64,000 nt of DNA from an uncultured Planctomycetaceae bacterium. Its GTDB lineage: Bacteria > Planctomycetota > Planctomycetia > Pirellulales > PALSA-1355. Location: assembly GCA_964598535.1 (NCBI GenBank), contig CAZRCI010000016.1, positions 42,032 to 106,031 of the forward strand, in the 5' to 3' direction. A program made the position numbers and the translations under genes. Below are positions 9,449 to 19,238 of this stretch, piece after piece. The notes beneath the pieces were generated by a model that was not told the origin of the DNA, searched no databases, and was given only the letters and a program-made list of their open reading frames with translations. Numbering within the stretch: position 1 is the stretch's first letter; each line of letters begins with the position of its first letter.

Positions 9449-10645
9449 ATGCGAGCCCGACGAGCCGGCCGACTCTATGCCCTGGAAGTCGCCTTCGCGC
9501 TATGCATCGTGCTGTTGCTGACCTTCCTGTTGCTGGGCCCCCGGCTCGGGTTCCGTCCAGCGAGCAGACGCAGCACCTGCGCGTACGCCATGCGGCAATT
9601 GACGCTCAGCCTCTTGCAAGTGCAGGAAATGCATCGCCACTTTCCCGGCTACGCCAATGTCGTTGGCGGTAAACGGGCAAGCTGGATCGTGCCCATCCTG
9701 CTGCATCTCGAGCGTGGCAACCTCTACCAGAATTGGCATCGCCAGGATTTCCCGGCCGACTGGCAGAGTAGCGGATTCGGAAAATCCAAGGCTTCGTTCT
9801 ATGGCCGGTTGGAAATCTTGATCTGTCCCAGCGCCAATATCAATGCCGGCAACGCGGCTCTCGGCGACGATCCTCTTTCCTACATCGTCAACAGCGGCTC
9901 GGCCCGCACGGCGAACGATTTTCGTCCCCCAATCAAGGTGGCGTATCCGTGGGTCGAGGACCTGGCCAGCGGCGTGTTCTTCAATCGCGCCCGGGCGGAC
10001 CATAATACGAGCATTCCCCAGCCTGCGGCGCGTCCCTTGGCAAACGACTTCGCGCCCCAGGATGGCCCCGCGATGACGGCCGATTACATCGCCCAGCATG
10101 ACGGCCTGACTTACACGCTGCTGCTTTCCGAGAGCTTGCAATCGGGCGGCTGGGTCTGCGATCCGCATGCGTCCGGCGAACCAATCCAAAGCGAATTCCA
10201 GATGCGACAAAACACCAGCTTCGCATGGTTCGTCACGGGACAAGAGGACAACCGTCTGCCGATCAACGGTGCCGTGTCGTTGGAGAAAGGCTTTGATCCC
10301 TCGTTGCTGGGAATCAATCGGCGAAAAGATCTACGCCGTCCGCTGCCCGTGAATTTCGCTCGCGAACGCTTTTCGAACCGAGGAGGCTTGGCCGCCGCGC
10401 GTCCCTCGAGCAATCACTCGGCCGGTGTGAACACCTCTTACTGCGATGGCCATTCTAGCTACTTGAGCGAGGACATCGACTATCGGGTCTATACGCAGCT
10501 TATGACGCCCAACGGCCGGGACGTTGTCGTTGACCTCGACGCGAGCGGCGCACCGATCCAGGCCCATGCTCCGCGAGGCACGTCGCAACGAGTCGCCACG
10601 CCCTGGACCTACCCGTTCCAGGAAGCTGATTTTAACGCTCGTTAG
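9449..10645 (+). CDS. DUF1559-like paralogue with degenerate prepilin leader
   Basis: The C-terminal region ARPSSNHSAGVNTSYCDGHSSYLSEDIDYRVYTQLMTP parallels the upstream gene. The N-terminus RAGRLYALEVAFALCIVLLLTFLLLGPRLGFRPASRRSTCAYAMRQ lacks a clean G/FTLVE site. Confidence 0.75.
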   Translation: MRARRAGRLYALEVAFALCIVLLLTFLLLGPRLGFRPASRRSTCAYAMRQLTLSLLQVQEMHRHFPGYANVVGGKRASWIVPILLHLERGNLYQNWHRQDFPADWQSSGFGKSKASFYGRLEILICPSANINAGNAALGDDPLSYIVNSGSARTANDFRPPIKVAYPWVEDLASGVFFNRARADHNTSIPQPAARPLANDFAPQDGPAMTADYIAQHDGLTYTLLLSESLQSGGWVCDPHASGEPIQSEFQMRQNTSFAWFVTGQEDNRLPINGAVSLEKGFDPSLLGINRRKDLRRPLPVNFARERFSNRGGLAAARPSSNHSAGVNTSYCDGHSSYLSEDIDYRVYTQLMTPNGRDVVVDLDASGAPIQAHAPRGTSQRVATPWTYPFQEADFNAR

Positions 10646-11400
10646 CGCTTGGTAACGCTGGCCGATGGCGGGGTGAGCAGCGTTTTGAAGTCCACATCCT
10701 TGAACGTGGCCAGTTGGTTGGCCGTGACGGCGATGCGTTGCTGATCGATATCCAGCAGCCGCCAGGAAATATAGTGTTCGCTGCGAGCGATGTAGGTGCG
10801 CGTGTTCAAAATGACTTCGGTCGGCACGACGCCACGTTTAGCCAACTCGCCATTCACGGTGAGTCGTGGAAACTGCGGAAGCGAACCGGGATTGGCCAAC
10901 GTATTGAATCGAGCGTACCAGTCCGAAAACTCGCGATACTGCTGGGCCGCGTCGTCAGAGGGCGCAGCCATCGTCTTGAGCGAGTAGGTCATGTGCTGGC
11001 TTTCGAGCATCAGTTCGCCGCTCTCGGCAAACTTGACGTCGAATTCAGGATCCGCGGCGAATCGCAACGCGGGGTTCAAGCTGCGCTTGGCCTGGTTCTT
11101 GCGATCTTCCATCTCGGCCCGGATTTCATCGGCTTTGATCTCCGCCTTGATTTTGCGTACCGGGTCGAGCACGATGAATCGACCGCCACGCTGGTCGAAC
11201 ACCGCCACGCGGGGCGCGCCGCTCGTCAGGTAGTCGTAGACGTACCCGGCTCGAAATAGCGTGAGGTTTTCGCTGATCGGTGTCTTGCTGTTGCCGACAT
11301 AGACCTTGGTTTCGATGCGAAAGTCCTCGGCCACGGCAAGCCTATTACTTGCGATCAGCACGATTGTCGCAAGCCACACGAGTGCCCTGAAGTGTCGCAT
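10642..11400 (-). CDS. Hypothetical exported protein
   Basis: The track ORF runs to 11634, but its first 78 residues are G/R-rich filler. Met at 11400 gives the signal peptide MRHFRALVWLATIVLIASNRLAVAEDF. No family recognised. Confidence 0.55.
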   Translation of the reverse strand: MRHFRALVWLATIVLIASNRLAVAEDFRIETKVYVGNSKTPISENLTLFRAGYVYDYLTSGAPRVAVFDQRGGRFIVLDPVRKIKAEIKADEIRAEMEDRKNQAKRSLNPALRFAADPEFDVKFAESGELMLESQHMTYSLKTMAAPSDDAAQQYREFSDWYARFNTLANPGSLPQFPRLTVNGELAKRGVVPTEVILNTRTYIARSEHYISWRLLDIDQQRIAVTANQLATFKDVDFKTLLTPPSASVTKR

Positions 11401-11854
11401 CGAGATATCTCTCCCTAACATGGTCAACAAATCCGGGGACCCGTGCGGCGGGAGAGTACCCGGAGAGGCTTTCCGCTGTAAAGACGAGTTTGCCCAGCCC
11501 CCGCGGTTTCCGCCCCCAACGCGGGGAGAACCGCTTCGGCCCGAACAGCCGTCAGTCCGAGTGCCATCCCCCCGGCCAGCCCCCCCTAGCGTCGCAAAAC
11601 CGGCATGATTTTCATTGCGGGGGCATGCAATCATGCTTCGTGCACGTTATGGTTAAATGCTTGTCTGTCGCGATTGACCGGCGGAAACCCCTTGTTGCCG
11701 GTGGGCCGCCGCCGAATCGAGGGGTCCTACTTTTAGGCCGGTTCCGGCCCTCCGCCCGTGCCGCGGCGACGTACATTTACTTGATATCGAGCATGCTTTG
11801 GACCTATAGGTCCGAAGCGCTCCAGACGCTATTCATCCAGGAAACAAGTCAACC

Positions 11855-13174
11855 ATGGCTAACGCGTTAGAGCAGGCAATCGCGGACAAGAAGGCTGTCG
11901 TCGGAATCGTGGGCCTGGGGTACGTCGGGCTCCCCTTGATCCGGGCGTTCATCGCCGCCGGTTATCGGACGATGGGCTTCGACGTCGACGCCTCGAAGGT
12001 CGAAAAGCTTCTGGCCGGGCAAAGCTACATCGGCCACATTCCCTCGGCCTGGATCAGCGACTGCGTGCAAAGCGGCAAGTTCACGCCCACGGCCGACATG
12101 AAACGCATGGCCGAGGCCGACGCGCTTTTGATCTGCGTGCCCACGCCGCTCTCCGACAGCCGCGACCCGGACCTCGCCTATGTCGAAGCCACGGCCGAAC
12201 AGATCGCCGCGTCGCTACGGCCGGGGCAACTCGTCGTGCTCGAAAGCACCACATATCCGGGCACGACGCGCGACGTGGTGGTGCCGATTCTCAACAAGTC
12301 GGGCCTCAAGCTCGGCAGCGATTTCTATGTGGCCTATAGCCCCGAGCGCGAAGACCCTGGCAATCCCGACTACACGGCCAGCGGCATTCCCAAGGTCGTC
12401 GGCGGCATGGACGCCACGAGCGCGCGGCTAGCCGAGTCCTTGTATTCCACGGCCGTGGTGAACATCGTGCCGGTCTCTAGCTGCGAAGTGGCCGAAGCCT
12501 GCAAGATCCTGGAAAACACCTATCGCTCGGTGAACATCGCGATGGTCAACGAGCTCAAGATGCTCTTCGACCGCATCGGCATTGACGTTTGGGAAGTGAT
12601 CGACGCGGCCAAGACCAAGCCCTTCGGCTTCCAAGCGTTCTATCCCGGCCCGGGCCTGGGCGGGCACTGCATTCCGATCGATCCGTTCTATCTGAGTTGG
12701 GTTGCCCGCAAGCACAACATGGCCACGCGATTCATCGAGGTGGCGGGCGAGATCAACACCAGCATGCCGCAATACGTGATTCATCGGCTGATGGACGCGT
12801 TGAACGAAGCGGGCAAGCCCGTCAAAGGAAGCAAAATCCTCGTTCTCGGCGTGGCCTACAAGAAAGACGTCGACGATCCGCGCGAAAGCCCGTCTTTTGA
12901 GCTTATGGAGCGCTTGCTCGCCGCGCATGCTAAGCTCTCTTACAACGACCCGCACGTGCCGCACCTACCCAAGATGCGGCATCACGATCTGCCGGCCATG
13001 GACAGCCAGGAGCTGACGCCCGAGCTGTTGGCCTCGCAAGATTGCGTGCTGATCGCCACCGACCACTCGGCCTACGACTACGACTTCATCGTCAAGCACG
13101 CAAAGCTCGTGATCGACACGCGCAACGCGACGAAGAAGGTTCGCGAGGGCCGGGAGAAAATTCGCAAAGCGTAA
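11855..13174 (+). CDS. Nucleotide-sugar dehydrogenase (UDP-glucose/GDP-mannose dehydrogenase family)
   Basis: Rossmann N-terminus [31 protein letters not shown] and catalytic-Cys motif [14 protein letters not shown]. Confidence 0.85.
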   Translation: MANALEQAIADKKAVVGIVGLGYVGLPLIRAFIAAGYRTMGFDVDASKVEKLLAGQSYIGHIPSAWISDCVQSGKFTPTADMKRMAEADALLICVPTPLSDSRDPDLAYVEATAEQIAASLRPGQLVVLESTTYPGTTRDVVVPILNKSGLKLGSDFYVAYSPEREDPGNPDYTASGIPKVVGGMDATSARLAESLYSTAVVNIVPVSSCEVAEACKILENTYRSVNIAMVNELKMLFDRIGIDVWEVIDAAKTKPFGFQAFYPGPGLGGHCIPIDPFYLSWVARKHNMATRFIEVAGEINTSMPQYVIHRLMDALNEAGKPVKGSKILVLGVAYKKDVDDPRESPSFELMERLLAAHAKLSYNDPHVPHLPKMRHHDLPAMDSQELTPELLASQDCVLIATDHSAYDYDFIVKHAKLVIDTRNATKKVREGREKIRKA

Positions 13175-13202
13175 CTCAATTTCGCGATCATCTCGCTCCT
13201 GT

Positions 13203-14177
13203 ATGGCATCGCATAAACGTATTCTGGTGACCGGCGGAGCGGGCTTTCTCGGCTCGTATCTTTGCGAACGGCTCGTCGCTGAAGGGCACGACGTCATCTG
13301 TCTGGACAACTTCTTCACCAGCCAGAAGTCGAACGTCGCGCACCTGTTGGGCGAGCGCAACTTCGAGCTCGTGCGCCACGACGTGACGCAGCCCATCTGG
13401 CTCGAAGTCGACGAGATCTATAACCTGGCGTGCCCCGCCTCGCCGGGGCATTACCAGTTCAACCCGATCAAGACGACCAAAACCTCGGTGCTCGGCGCGA
13501 TCCACGTGTTGGGCATGGCCAAACGCTGCAAGGCCAAGGTCCTGCAGGCCTCGACCAGCGAGGTCTATGGCGATCCGGAGGTCCACCCGCAAACCGAGGA
13601 CTATCGCGGCGCCGTGAACCCGATCGGCCTCCGCGCTTGCTACGACGAAGGCAAACGCATCGCCGAAACGCTGTTCATGGATTACTGGCGAACCAACGGG
13701 GTGAATATTCGCATCGTGCGGATCTTCAACACCTATGGCGAGCGAATGCATCCGTATGACGGCCGCGTCGTGTCGAACTTCATCCGCCAGGCCCTCAGCG
13801 GCGAAGACATCACCATCTTCGGCCAAGGCGACCAGACCCGCTCGTTCTGCTATCGCGACGATCTGGTCGACGGCATCATGCGGATGATGAACGGACCGGA
13901 CGACTTCGTGGGGCCCGTGAACCTCGGCAACCCGGGCGAGTTTACGATTCTCGAACTTGCCAATTTGGTCCTGGAGCTTACCGGCTCGAAGTCGAAGCTC
14001 GTCTACAGGCCGCTACCGGCCGACGATCCCACGAAGCGCAAGCCGGACATCACGCTGGCCCGGCAACGCTTGGGCTGGGAACCGAAAGTGCCTTTGGCCG
14101 AAGGGCTAAAACGCACGATCGACTGGTTCCACACGATCGACCTGGCGGACTATCGCCCGCCCACGCCCAATCATTGA
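13203..14177 (+). CDS. UDP-glucuronate decarboxylase (UDP-xylose synthase type extended SDR)
   Basis: [44 protein letters not shown] and the YxxxK motif in [12 protein letters not shown]. Lies 28 nt downstream of the dehydrogenase gene. Confidence 0.85.
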   Translation: MASHKRILVTGGAGFLGSYLCERLVAEGHDVICLDNFFTSQKSNVAHLLGERNFELVRHDVTQPIWLEVDEIYNLACPASPGHYQFNPIKTTKTSVLGAIHVLGMAKRCKAKVLQASTSEVYGDPEVHPQTEDYRGAVNPIGLRACYDEGKRIAETLFMDYWRTNGVNIRIVRIFNTYGERMHPYDGRVVSNFIRQALSGEDITIFGQGDQTRSFCYRDDLVDGIMRMMNGPDDFVGPVNLGNPGEFTILELANLVLELTGSKSKLVYRPLPADDPTKRKPDITLARQRLGWEPKVPLAEGLKRTIDWFHTIDLADYRPPTPNH

Positions 14178-14215
14178 CGTGTGAGCGGAGGCCGCGGTGG
14201 CCGCGCCATGCGGAA

Positions 14216-14644
14216 TCAGCCGGCGAGCAGCCGCCTTCTCACCTGTCTCCAAGCGGCGCCGAATACCGTTACGCCGACGAGGACGCCCAACGCATCGGCG
14301 CCCCAATCCGCCACGTCGGCATGGCGACCGAAGTACGGCTGAGTAACCTCGTCGAGCACGCCCAAGATTAACAGCACGACGACGAGCCGTATCGCGATAT
14401 GTCGATTCCACCGTCCATGAACCGCCAGCGCCAGCGAAGCCAAGAAGGCCAACACCGCGTAGGCCGTGAAATGCACGACCTTATCCGAGTTCTGAAACTT
14501 AAGCGGGTCTTGCACTTTGGGGATATGCGTCGCCGTGATCAGCGCCAACCAATAGAGCGCCAAAAGGAGCAGGCACCCGCGCGCGACCCAACGGCGTGGC
14601 GCGGCGGACATTTCCGAAACAATATCGTGAGAACTGGTATCCAT
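14216..14644 (-). CDS. VanZ-like membrane protein
   Basis: VVHFTAYAVLAFLASLA ... DEVTQPYFGRHADVADWGADALGVLVG. The start is uncertain: Met at 14644 or 14611, while the track ORF extends to 14716. Confidence 0.65.
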   Translation of the reverse strand: MDTSSHDIVSEMSAAPRRWVARGCLLLLALYWLALITATHIPKVQDPLKFQNSDKVVHFTAYAVLAFLASLALAVHGRWNRHIAIRLVVVLLILGVLDEVTQPYFGRHADVADWGADALGVLVGVTVFGAAWRQVRRRLLAG

Positions 14645-14749
14645 CAAAACCTGGAGCGGGGGGCGAATGAATTGCTCGGGCGGACCTGCTATAAAAATAA
14701 GGAAACGGTCCAACACTCACGCCGCCAATCCTCACACATCGCAACCGCT

Positions 14750-15520
14750 ATGGCAACCTCGACTACGTTCACCCCCGCCGAACTCTCCCGGTACGACGAA
14801 GACGGCTACGTTCTCGTCCCGCAGCTCTTCGACACCGACGAGGTGCAAAAGCTGCTGGCCTTCGCCAAACACGACCAGGCACTGCTAGCAGGCGCCACGG
14901 GCCGCAAGGACGCCACCGGTCAGATCACCAAGCTCACGCTCTGGAACGAGGCCGGCGACGACCTGTACAGTATGTTCAGCCGCTCGCCGCGCATCGTCGA
15001 CCGCATGGAGCAAATCCTGGGCGGCGAAGTCTATCACTATCACACCAAGATGATGCTCAAGGAGCCACTCGTAGGCGGCGCTTGGGAGTGGCATCAAGAC
15101 TACGGCTACTGGTACTACAATGGCTGCCTTTATCCGCTCTTGGCAAGTTGCCTGATCGCCGTGGATCGGGCGACGCGCGAGAACGGCTGCCTGCAAGTCC
15201 TCAAAGGTTCGCATCACCTGGGACGCGTCGAGCACGGCAAGACCGGCGACCAAACCGGCGCCGACATGGAGATCGTCGACGCAGCGCTAGAACGTTTGCC
15301 GCTGGAGCATATCGAAGCCAACCCTGGCGATGCGTTGTTCTTTCACTGCAATCTGCTGCACCGCTCGGATCAGAACACCTCACCGAATCCGCGCTGGTCG
15401 TTGATCTGCTGCTATAACGCCGCGCGTAACAATCCGTATAAAGAATCGCGCCATCCACGCTACACCCCGCTTAGCAAGGTTGACAGCGACGCGATCAAGA
15501 ATTGGACCGCCCGGGGCTGA
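14750..15520 (+). CDS. Phytanoyl-CoA dioxygenase (PhyH) family 2OG-Fe(II) oxygenase
   Basis: The track ORF starts at 14399 and overlaps the VanZ gene. Met at 14750 (MATSTTFTPAELSRYDEDGYVLVPQLFD) is the plausible start. HxD in WEWHQDYGYW and a distal His in HCNLLHRSDQN. Confidence 0.8.
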   Translation: MATSTTFTPAELSRYDEDGYVLVPQLFDTDEVQKLLAFAKHDQALLAGATGRKDATGQITKLTLWNEAGDDLYSMFSRSPRIVDRMEQILGGEVYHYHTKMMLKEPLVGGAWEWHQDYGYWYYNGCLYPLLASCLIAVDRATRENGCLQVLKGSHHLGRVEHGKTGDQTGADMEIVDAALERLPLEHIEANPGDALFFHCNLLHRSDQNTSPNPRWSLICCYNAARNNPYKESRHPRYTPLSKVDSDAIKNWTARG

Positions 15521-15580
15521 CGCCGCCCCGGATTTGGCGGCCTGCTCCCGGCCCCCCCTCACACATAGAAGCTGCGAAAG

Positions 15581-16402
15581 ATGCGACTCGGACTCATCAA
15601 TTCCGCTTGGGTACAAGCCAATCGCCCGACCGACTTCGGTCTCAACGAAACCCAGCGGATCGGCTTCGACGCCATCGATATCTTTACCGATCCGCTGACG
15701 CTCGACGTTCGCGAGCGGCGGCTGGTAAAAGACCGTTGTGACGAACTAAGTCTGCCGATCGTGTCGCTGCCGTGCGTGGCCGTGGGACTGATCGACTTCA
15801 ACGAGAGCGTCCGCCAGTTCCATCTGGATCGGTGCGCCGCGTTTCTCGACCTGGCTTACGAATACCAGGCCAAAAACTTACTCCTGGTGATCGGCGAGTA
15901 CATTTGGAACCGCGAGGTGATTCCACCAGCCGAACAGTGGCGGCTAGGTGTCGAGGCCGTGCAGATCCTCGGTCATCAGGCCGCCGACCTGGGCTTGGAA
16001 ATCGCGCTCGAGCTGGAGCCGTTCCCGCTGTCGCTGATCAACGACGTCGACACGATGGAACGGTTTTTGGACGACGTGGGATTATCGAACGTGCTGGCGA
16101 ATCTTGACATCTCGCACCTCGCATTATCGAAGGTCCCGGCCGAGGAGATCCGCTGCCTCCGTGGGCGCGTGGGACACGTGCATTTATCCGATTGCGACGG
16201 CAAAGTTCACGGCGACTTGCCGCCAGGACGCGGCGTGGTCGCGTTCGAGCCCTACCTGCGCGAGATTAAAGCCCTCGACCTCGGCCAGCGTACGATTTCC
16301 ATCGAGCTCGAGTACTCCCCCGAGCCGGAACGGATCGTCGAGTGGGTTGAAGAAGCCTATCGCGAAACGGACAAGCTGATGCGCGCGGCGGGGTTACGAT
16401 AG
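15581..16402 (+). CDS. Sugar phosphate isomerase/epimerase (xylose isomerase-like TIM barrel)
   Basis: 273-aa [14 protein letters not shown] ... LANLDISHL ... [11 protein letters not shown] is the pattern typical of the AP_endonuc_2 fold. Confidence 0.75.
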   Translation: MRLGLINSAWVQANRPTDFGLNETQRIGFDAIDIFTDPLTLDVRERRLVKDRCDELSLPIVSLPCVAVGLIDFNESVRQFHLDRCAAFLDLAYEYQAKNLLLVIGEYIWNREVIPPAEQWRLGVEAVQILGHQAADLGLEIALELEPFPLSLINDVDTMERFLDDVGLSNVLANLDISHLALSKVPAEEIRCLRGRVGHVHLSDCDGKVHGDLPPGRGVVAFEPYLREIKALDLGQRTISIELEYSPEPERIVEWVEEAYRETDKLMRAAGLR

Positions 16403-16406
16403 CGCC

Positions 16407-16865
16407 ATGCACGAATACTTCATGCAACTTGCCCTGGCCGAGGCCGAGGCCGCCTTCGCCGAAGACGAAGTGCCGATCGGAGCGATCATCGTGCGCAACG
16501 ATCGCGTCATCGCCGCGGCCCACAATCAACGCGAGCAATTACGCGATCCCACGGCTCATGCCGAGATGATCGCCATTACCCAAGCCGCGCAGCAAATGGA
16601 GAGCTGGCGTCTGGAGGACTGCACGCTTTACGTCACGCTGGAGCCGTGCCCCATGTGTGCGGGCGCGATCCTTCAAGCTCGTATTCCCACGGTCGTCTAT
16701 GGCGCTCCGGACCCCAAGGCCGGAGCCGTCCACACGCTCTACCAGCTCCTGGCCGATCCGCGGCTCAACCATCGCCCTCAAACCGTTTCAGGCGTGCTTC
16801 TAGAGCCCTGTGGACAAATCCTGACGCGATTCTTCCAAGCGAAACGGGCCTTAGGTAAGAAATAG
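16407..16865 (+). CDS. tadA: tRNA adenosine(34) deaminase
   Basis: CDA zinc motifs HAEMIAI and [11 protein letters not shown], typical 152-aa size, 4 nt after the previous gene. Confidence 0.9.
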   Translation: MHEYFMQLALAEAEAAFAEDEVPIGAIIVRNDRVIAAAHNQREQLRDPTAHAEMIAITQAAQQMESWRLEDCTLYVTLEPCPMCAGAILQARIPTVVYGAPDPKAGAVHTLYQLLADPRLNHRPQTVSGVLLEPCGQILTRFFQAKRALGKK

Positions 16866-16993
16866 CGGCTAACGGTCTGTTATTCAGTCCGATTGTTCCG
16901 CTGGATGCCTGGTAATCCGCGTCGTATGATCGAGTGTCAAGTTGGCGATTATTTTCTCCGTGCAGCTTGTCCCAATCCACCGTCGGAAACCAG

Positions 16994-19153
16994 ATGATCA
17001 CTTTTGCACGCGTGCTGCTCTGGGCGTTCTGTTTCGCGGCCGTAGCTTTGTGTTCACGCGCGGCACACGCCGGCGGCGGCCCAGAGAATGTGGTGGTGGT
17101 GGTAAACGCCAATAGCTGGGCGTCGCTCACGATCGCCAATGAGTTCATCGCGCTGCGTAAAATTCCACCCGGCAACGTGGTGTACCTCGGATGGTCCGGC
17201 GCCGAAGCGGCCAGTGGCGAGCTGTTCCGCCAGCAAGTGCTGGGCCCCGTCTTTCAGGCCATCGAAGCCCGAGGCCTGGCGCCGCAGATCGACTACATCG
17301 TGTACTCGAGCGATTTTCCGTTTCTGATCAACACGCAGCCGGACTACCCGAAGGAGATGAAGTTTCCGCAAATCGCCACGCCGCGGATGTCGATCAACTC
17401 GGCCACCTATTTGTGGAACTTGTTCGCCAGCAAGTCGTCCCACGTGCTCGAACTGAACGTCAATCAGTACATGCGAAACTTCTCGAACGTCTCGCAAAAG
17501 CTCGTTCGTCAAACCGATCCGCCGACGCACGGATTTCGCAGTTGGTACGGCTGGGGCGCCGATGGGCAACTGCGCGAAGGAGGCGGCCTACCCTGCATGC
17601 TCTCCACGATGCTGGCCTATACCAGCGGTCGCGGCAACTCGGTGAGCGAAGCCCGCAGCTATCTCCAGCGCAGCGCCGCGGCCGATGGCACCTTTCCCAA
17701 AGGCACGATCTACTTTACCCGCACCGACGACGTTCGCAGCACCTCGCGACAGGATGAAGTCGCCAGCGCCATCGCCGAACTCGAAAAGCTGGGCGTCGCG
17801 GGACGCATCGTGAACACGGCGATGCCGATGCAGGCGTCAGACGTCCAGGGGCTCATCTCGGGCGTCGACAAATTCTCCTGGGAGGCGACTCGCAGCACGA
17901 TCCTGCCCGGAGCGATTTGCGACAACTTGACGAGCTTCGGGGGAATTCTGGAGTTCCGCGCCAGCCAAACCCCGCTTACCGAATTTCTTCGCTATGGCGC
18001 CGCCGGTGCGGCGGGCACGGTCGTCGAACCGCTTTCGATTCCCCAGAAGTTTGCCTCTCCCAACATTTTCGTCCACTACGCGCGCGGCTGTTCGCTGGCC
18101 GAGGCCTACTATCAATCGGTGTTCGCTCCGGCCCAGGTGCTGATCGTTGGCGACCCGCTCTGCCAGCCGTGGGCCAACATTCCCGAGGTCAGCGTCGATG
18201 GTCTCGAGCCGCAGGGCAAGGTCTCCGGCACGCTCACGCTGTCGCCCCGGGCAAAGTTCCCGCAAGGCGGCGAGGTTGCCCGCTATGAGCTATTCGTCGA
18301 CGGCCGGCGAGCCACCACCGTCAAGGCCGGCGAGCCGCTCGTTTGGAACTCAACCATCGACTGCGATGGCTATCACGAGCTGCGCGTCGTGGCCATCGCA
18401 GCCGGACCGATCGAAACGCAAGGGCGACTGATTGTTCCGGTATTGGTCGCCAACGCTCAACGCACCGCCGTCCTGGCGACACGGCCGGAAAAGAGCGTCC
18501 GTTGGGGCGAAACGTTGCAGGTCGCGGCCCAGGCTGCCGGCGCCAAACAGATCCATGTGCTGAACAATGGCCGGCTGCTCGGCACGATCCAAGGCGAGCG
18601 CGGCGCGGTGCAAGTCGATCCGCGCGCACTCGGGCTGGGACGAGTAGAATTGCAAGCGATTGCCATCGACGGCACCACTTCACGCGACCGCATTACCCCG
18701 CCTCCAGTCGTGCTCGACGTGCAGCCCGCCGCGCCGTTACCATCGCTATCCGGTAGCGCCGCGGAATTATTGCCCGGCATGATGCTCCGCCTGGCAAACA
18801 AACGACTCGTACCGATCCAAGAGACGCAAGAGCCAACGTGGCTGGCCAGCAACGGCGTGGGAACCGACCAGCCATTCGTCTTCCAGGGCTTCTTCGATGT
18901 TCCCACCGACGATGTCTACCAGTTCCAACTTTGGCACTATGGTTCGCTGGAGCTACAAATCGACAGCGCGCCGCTCTATCGCAGCCGTGAGGGAAAGTAC
19001 GAGCAGCGTTTCGCCCCCGTCAATCTGGCGGCCGGGATGCACCGCCTCACGGTGAGCGGGCACACCGGCAAAGAAGCCCGCCTGCGAATTCTCTTCGGCG
19101 GGCCCGGCGCCGCTCCGCTCGACGGCCAACGCTTTCGTCATCCCAAAGAATAA
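16994..19153 (+). CDS. Exported uncharacterised protein (N-terminal region recalls TIGR03790-type family; C-terminal PA14-like domain)
   Basis: Met at 16994 gives the signal peptide MITFARVLLWAFCFAAVALCSRAAHAGG. NVVVVVNANSWASLTIANEFIALRKIPPGNVVYL lies near the N-terminus. The C-terminal FVFQGFFDVPTDDVYQFQLWHYGSLELQIDSAPLY is PA14-like. Family names are from memory only. Confidence 0.6.
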   Translation: MITFARVLLWAFCFAAVALCSRAAHAGGGPENVVVVVNANSWASLTIANEFIALRKIPPGNVVYLGWSGAEAASGELFRQQVLGPVFQAIEARGLAPQIDYIVYSSDFPFLINTQPDYPKEMKFPQIATPRMSINSATYLWNLFASKSSHVLELNVNQYMRNFSNVSQKLVRQTDPPTHGFRSWYGWGADGQLREGGGLPCMLSTMLAYTSGRGNSVSEARSYLQRSAAADGTFPKGTIYFTRTDDVRSTSRQDEVASAIAELEKLGVAGRIVNTAMPMQASDVQGLISGVDKFSWEATRSTILPGAICDNLTSFGGILEFRASQTPLTEFLRYGAAGAAGTVVEPLSIPQKFASPNIFVHYARGCSLAEAYYQSVFAPAQVLIVGDPLCQPWANIPEVSVDGLEPQGKVSGTLTLSPRAKFPQGGEVARYELFVDGRRATTVKAGEPLVWNSTIDCDGYHELRVVAIAAGPIETQGRLIVPVLVANAQRTAVLATRPEKSVRWGETLQVAAQAAGAKQIHVLNNGRLLGTIQGERGAVQVDPRALGLGRVELQAIAIDGTTSRDRITPPPVVLDVQPAAPLPSLSGSAAELLPGMMLRLANKRLVPIQETQEPTWLASNGVGTDQPFVFQGFFDVPTDDVYQFQLWHYGSLELQIDSAPLYRSREGKYEQRFAPVNLAAGMHRLTVSGHTGKEARLRILFGGPGAAPLDGQRFRHPKE

Positions 19154-19238
19154 CCGCGGTTTCCGGGGGCTGAAACGACTGGCGCCAGCGGGTACGATGG
19201 AGGACTGTCCTTTGCCCCTCGAACCGGAGCCCGCCAAC

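Noticed and set aside
10642-11634. N-terminal extensions in the ORF track (this ORF, and also 14399.., 25337.., 38400.., 41535.., 30311..30817, 3418..5988)
   Set aside because: The extensions overlap neighbouring genes or promoters, are compositionally odd, and are followed by internal Met or Val codons that start clean signal peptides or conserved N-termini. Shorter starts are preferred.
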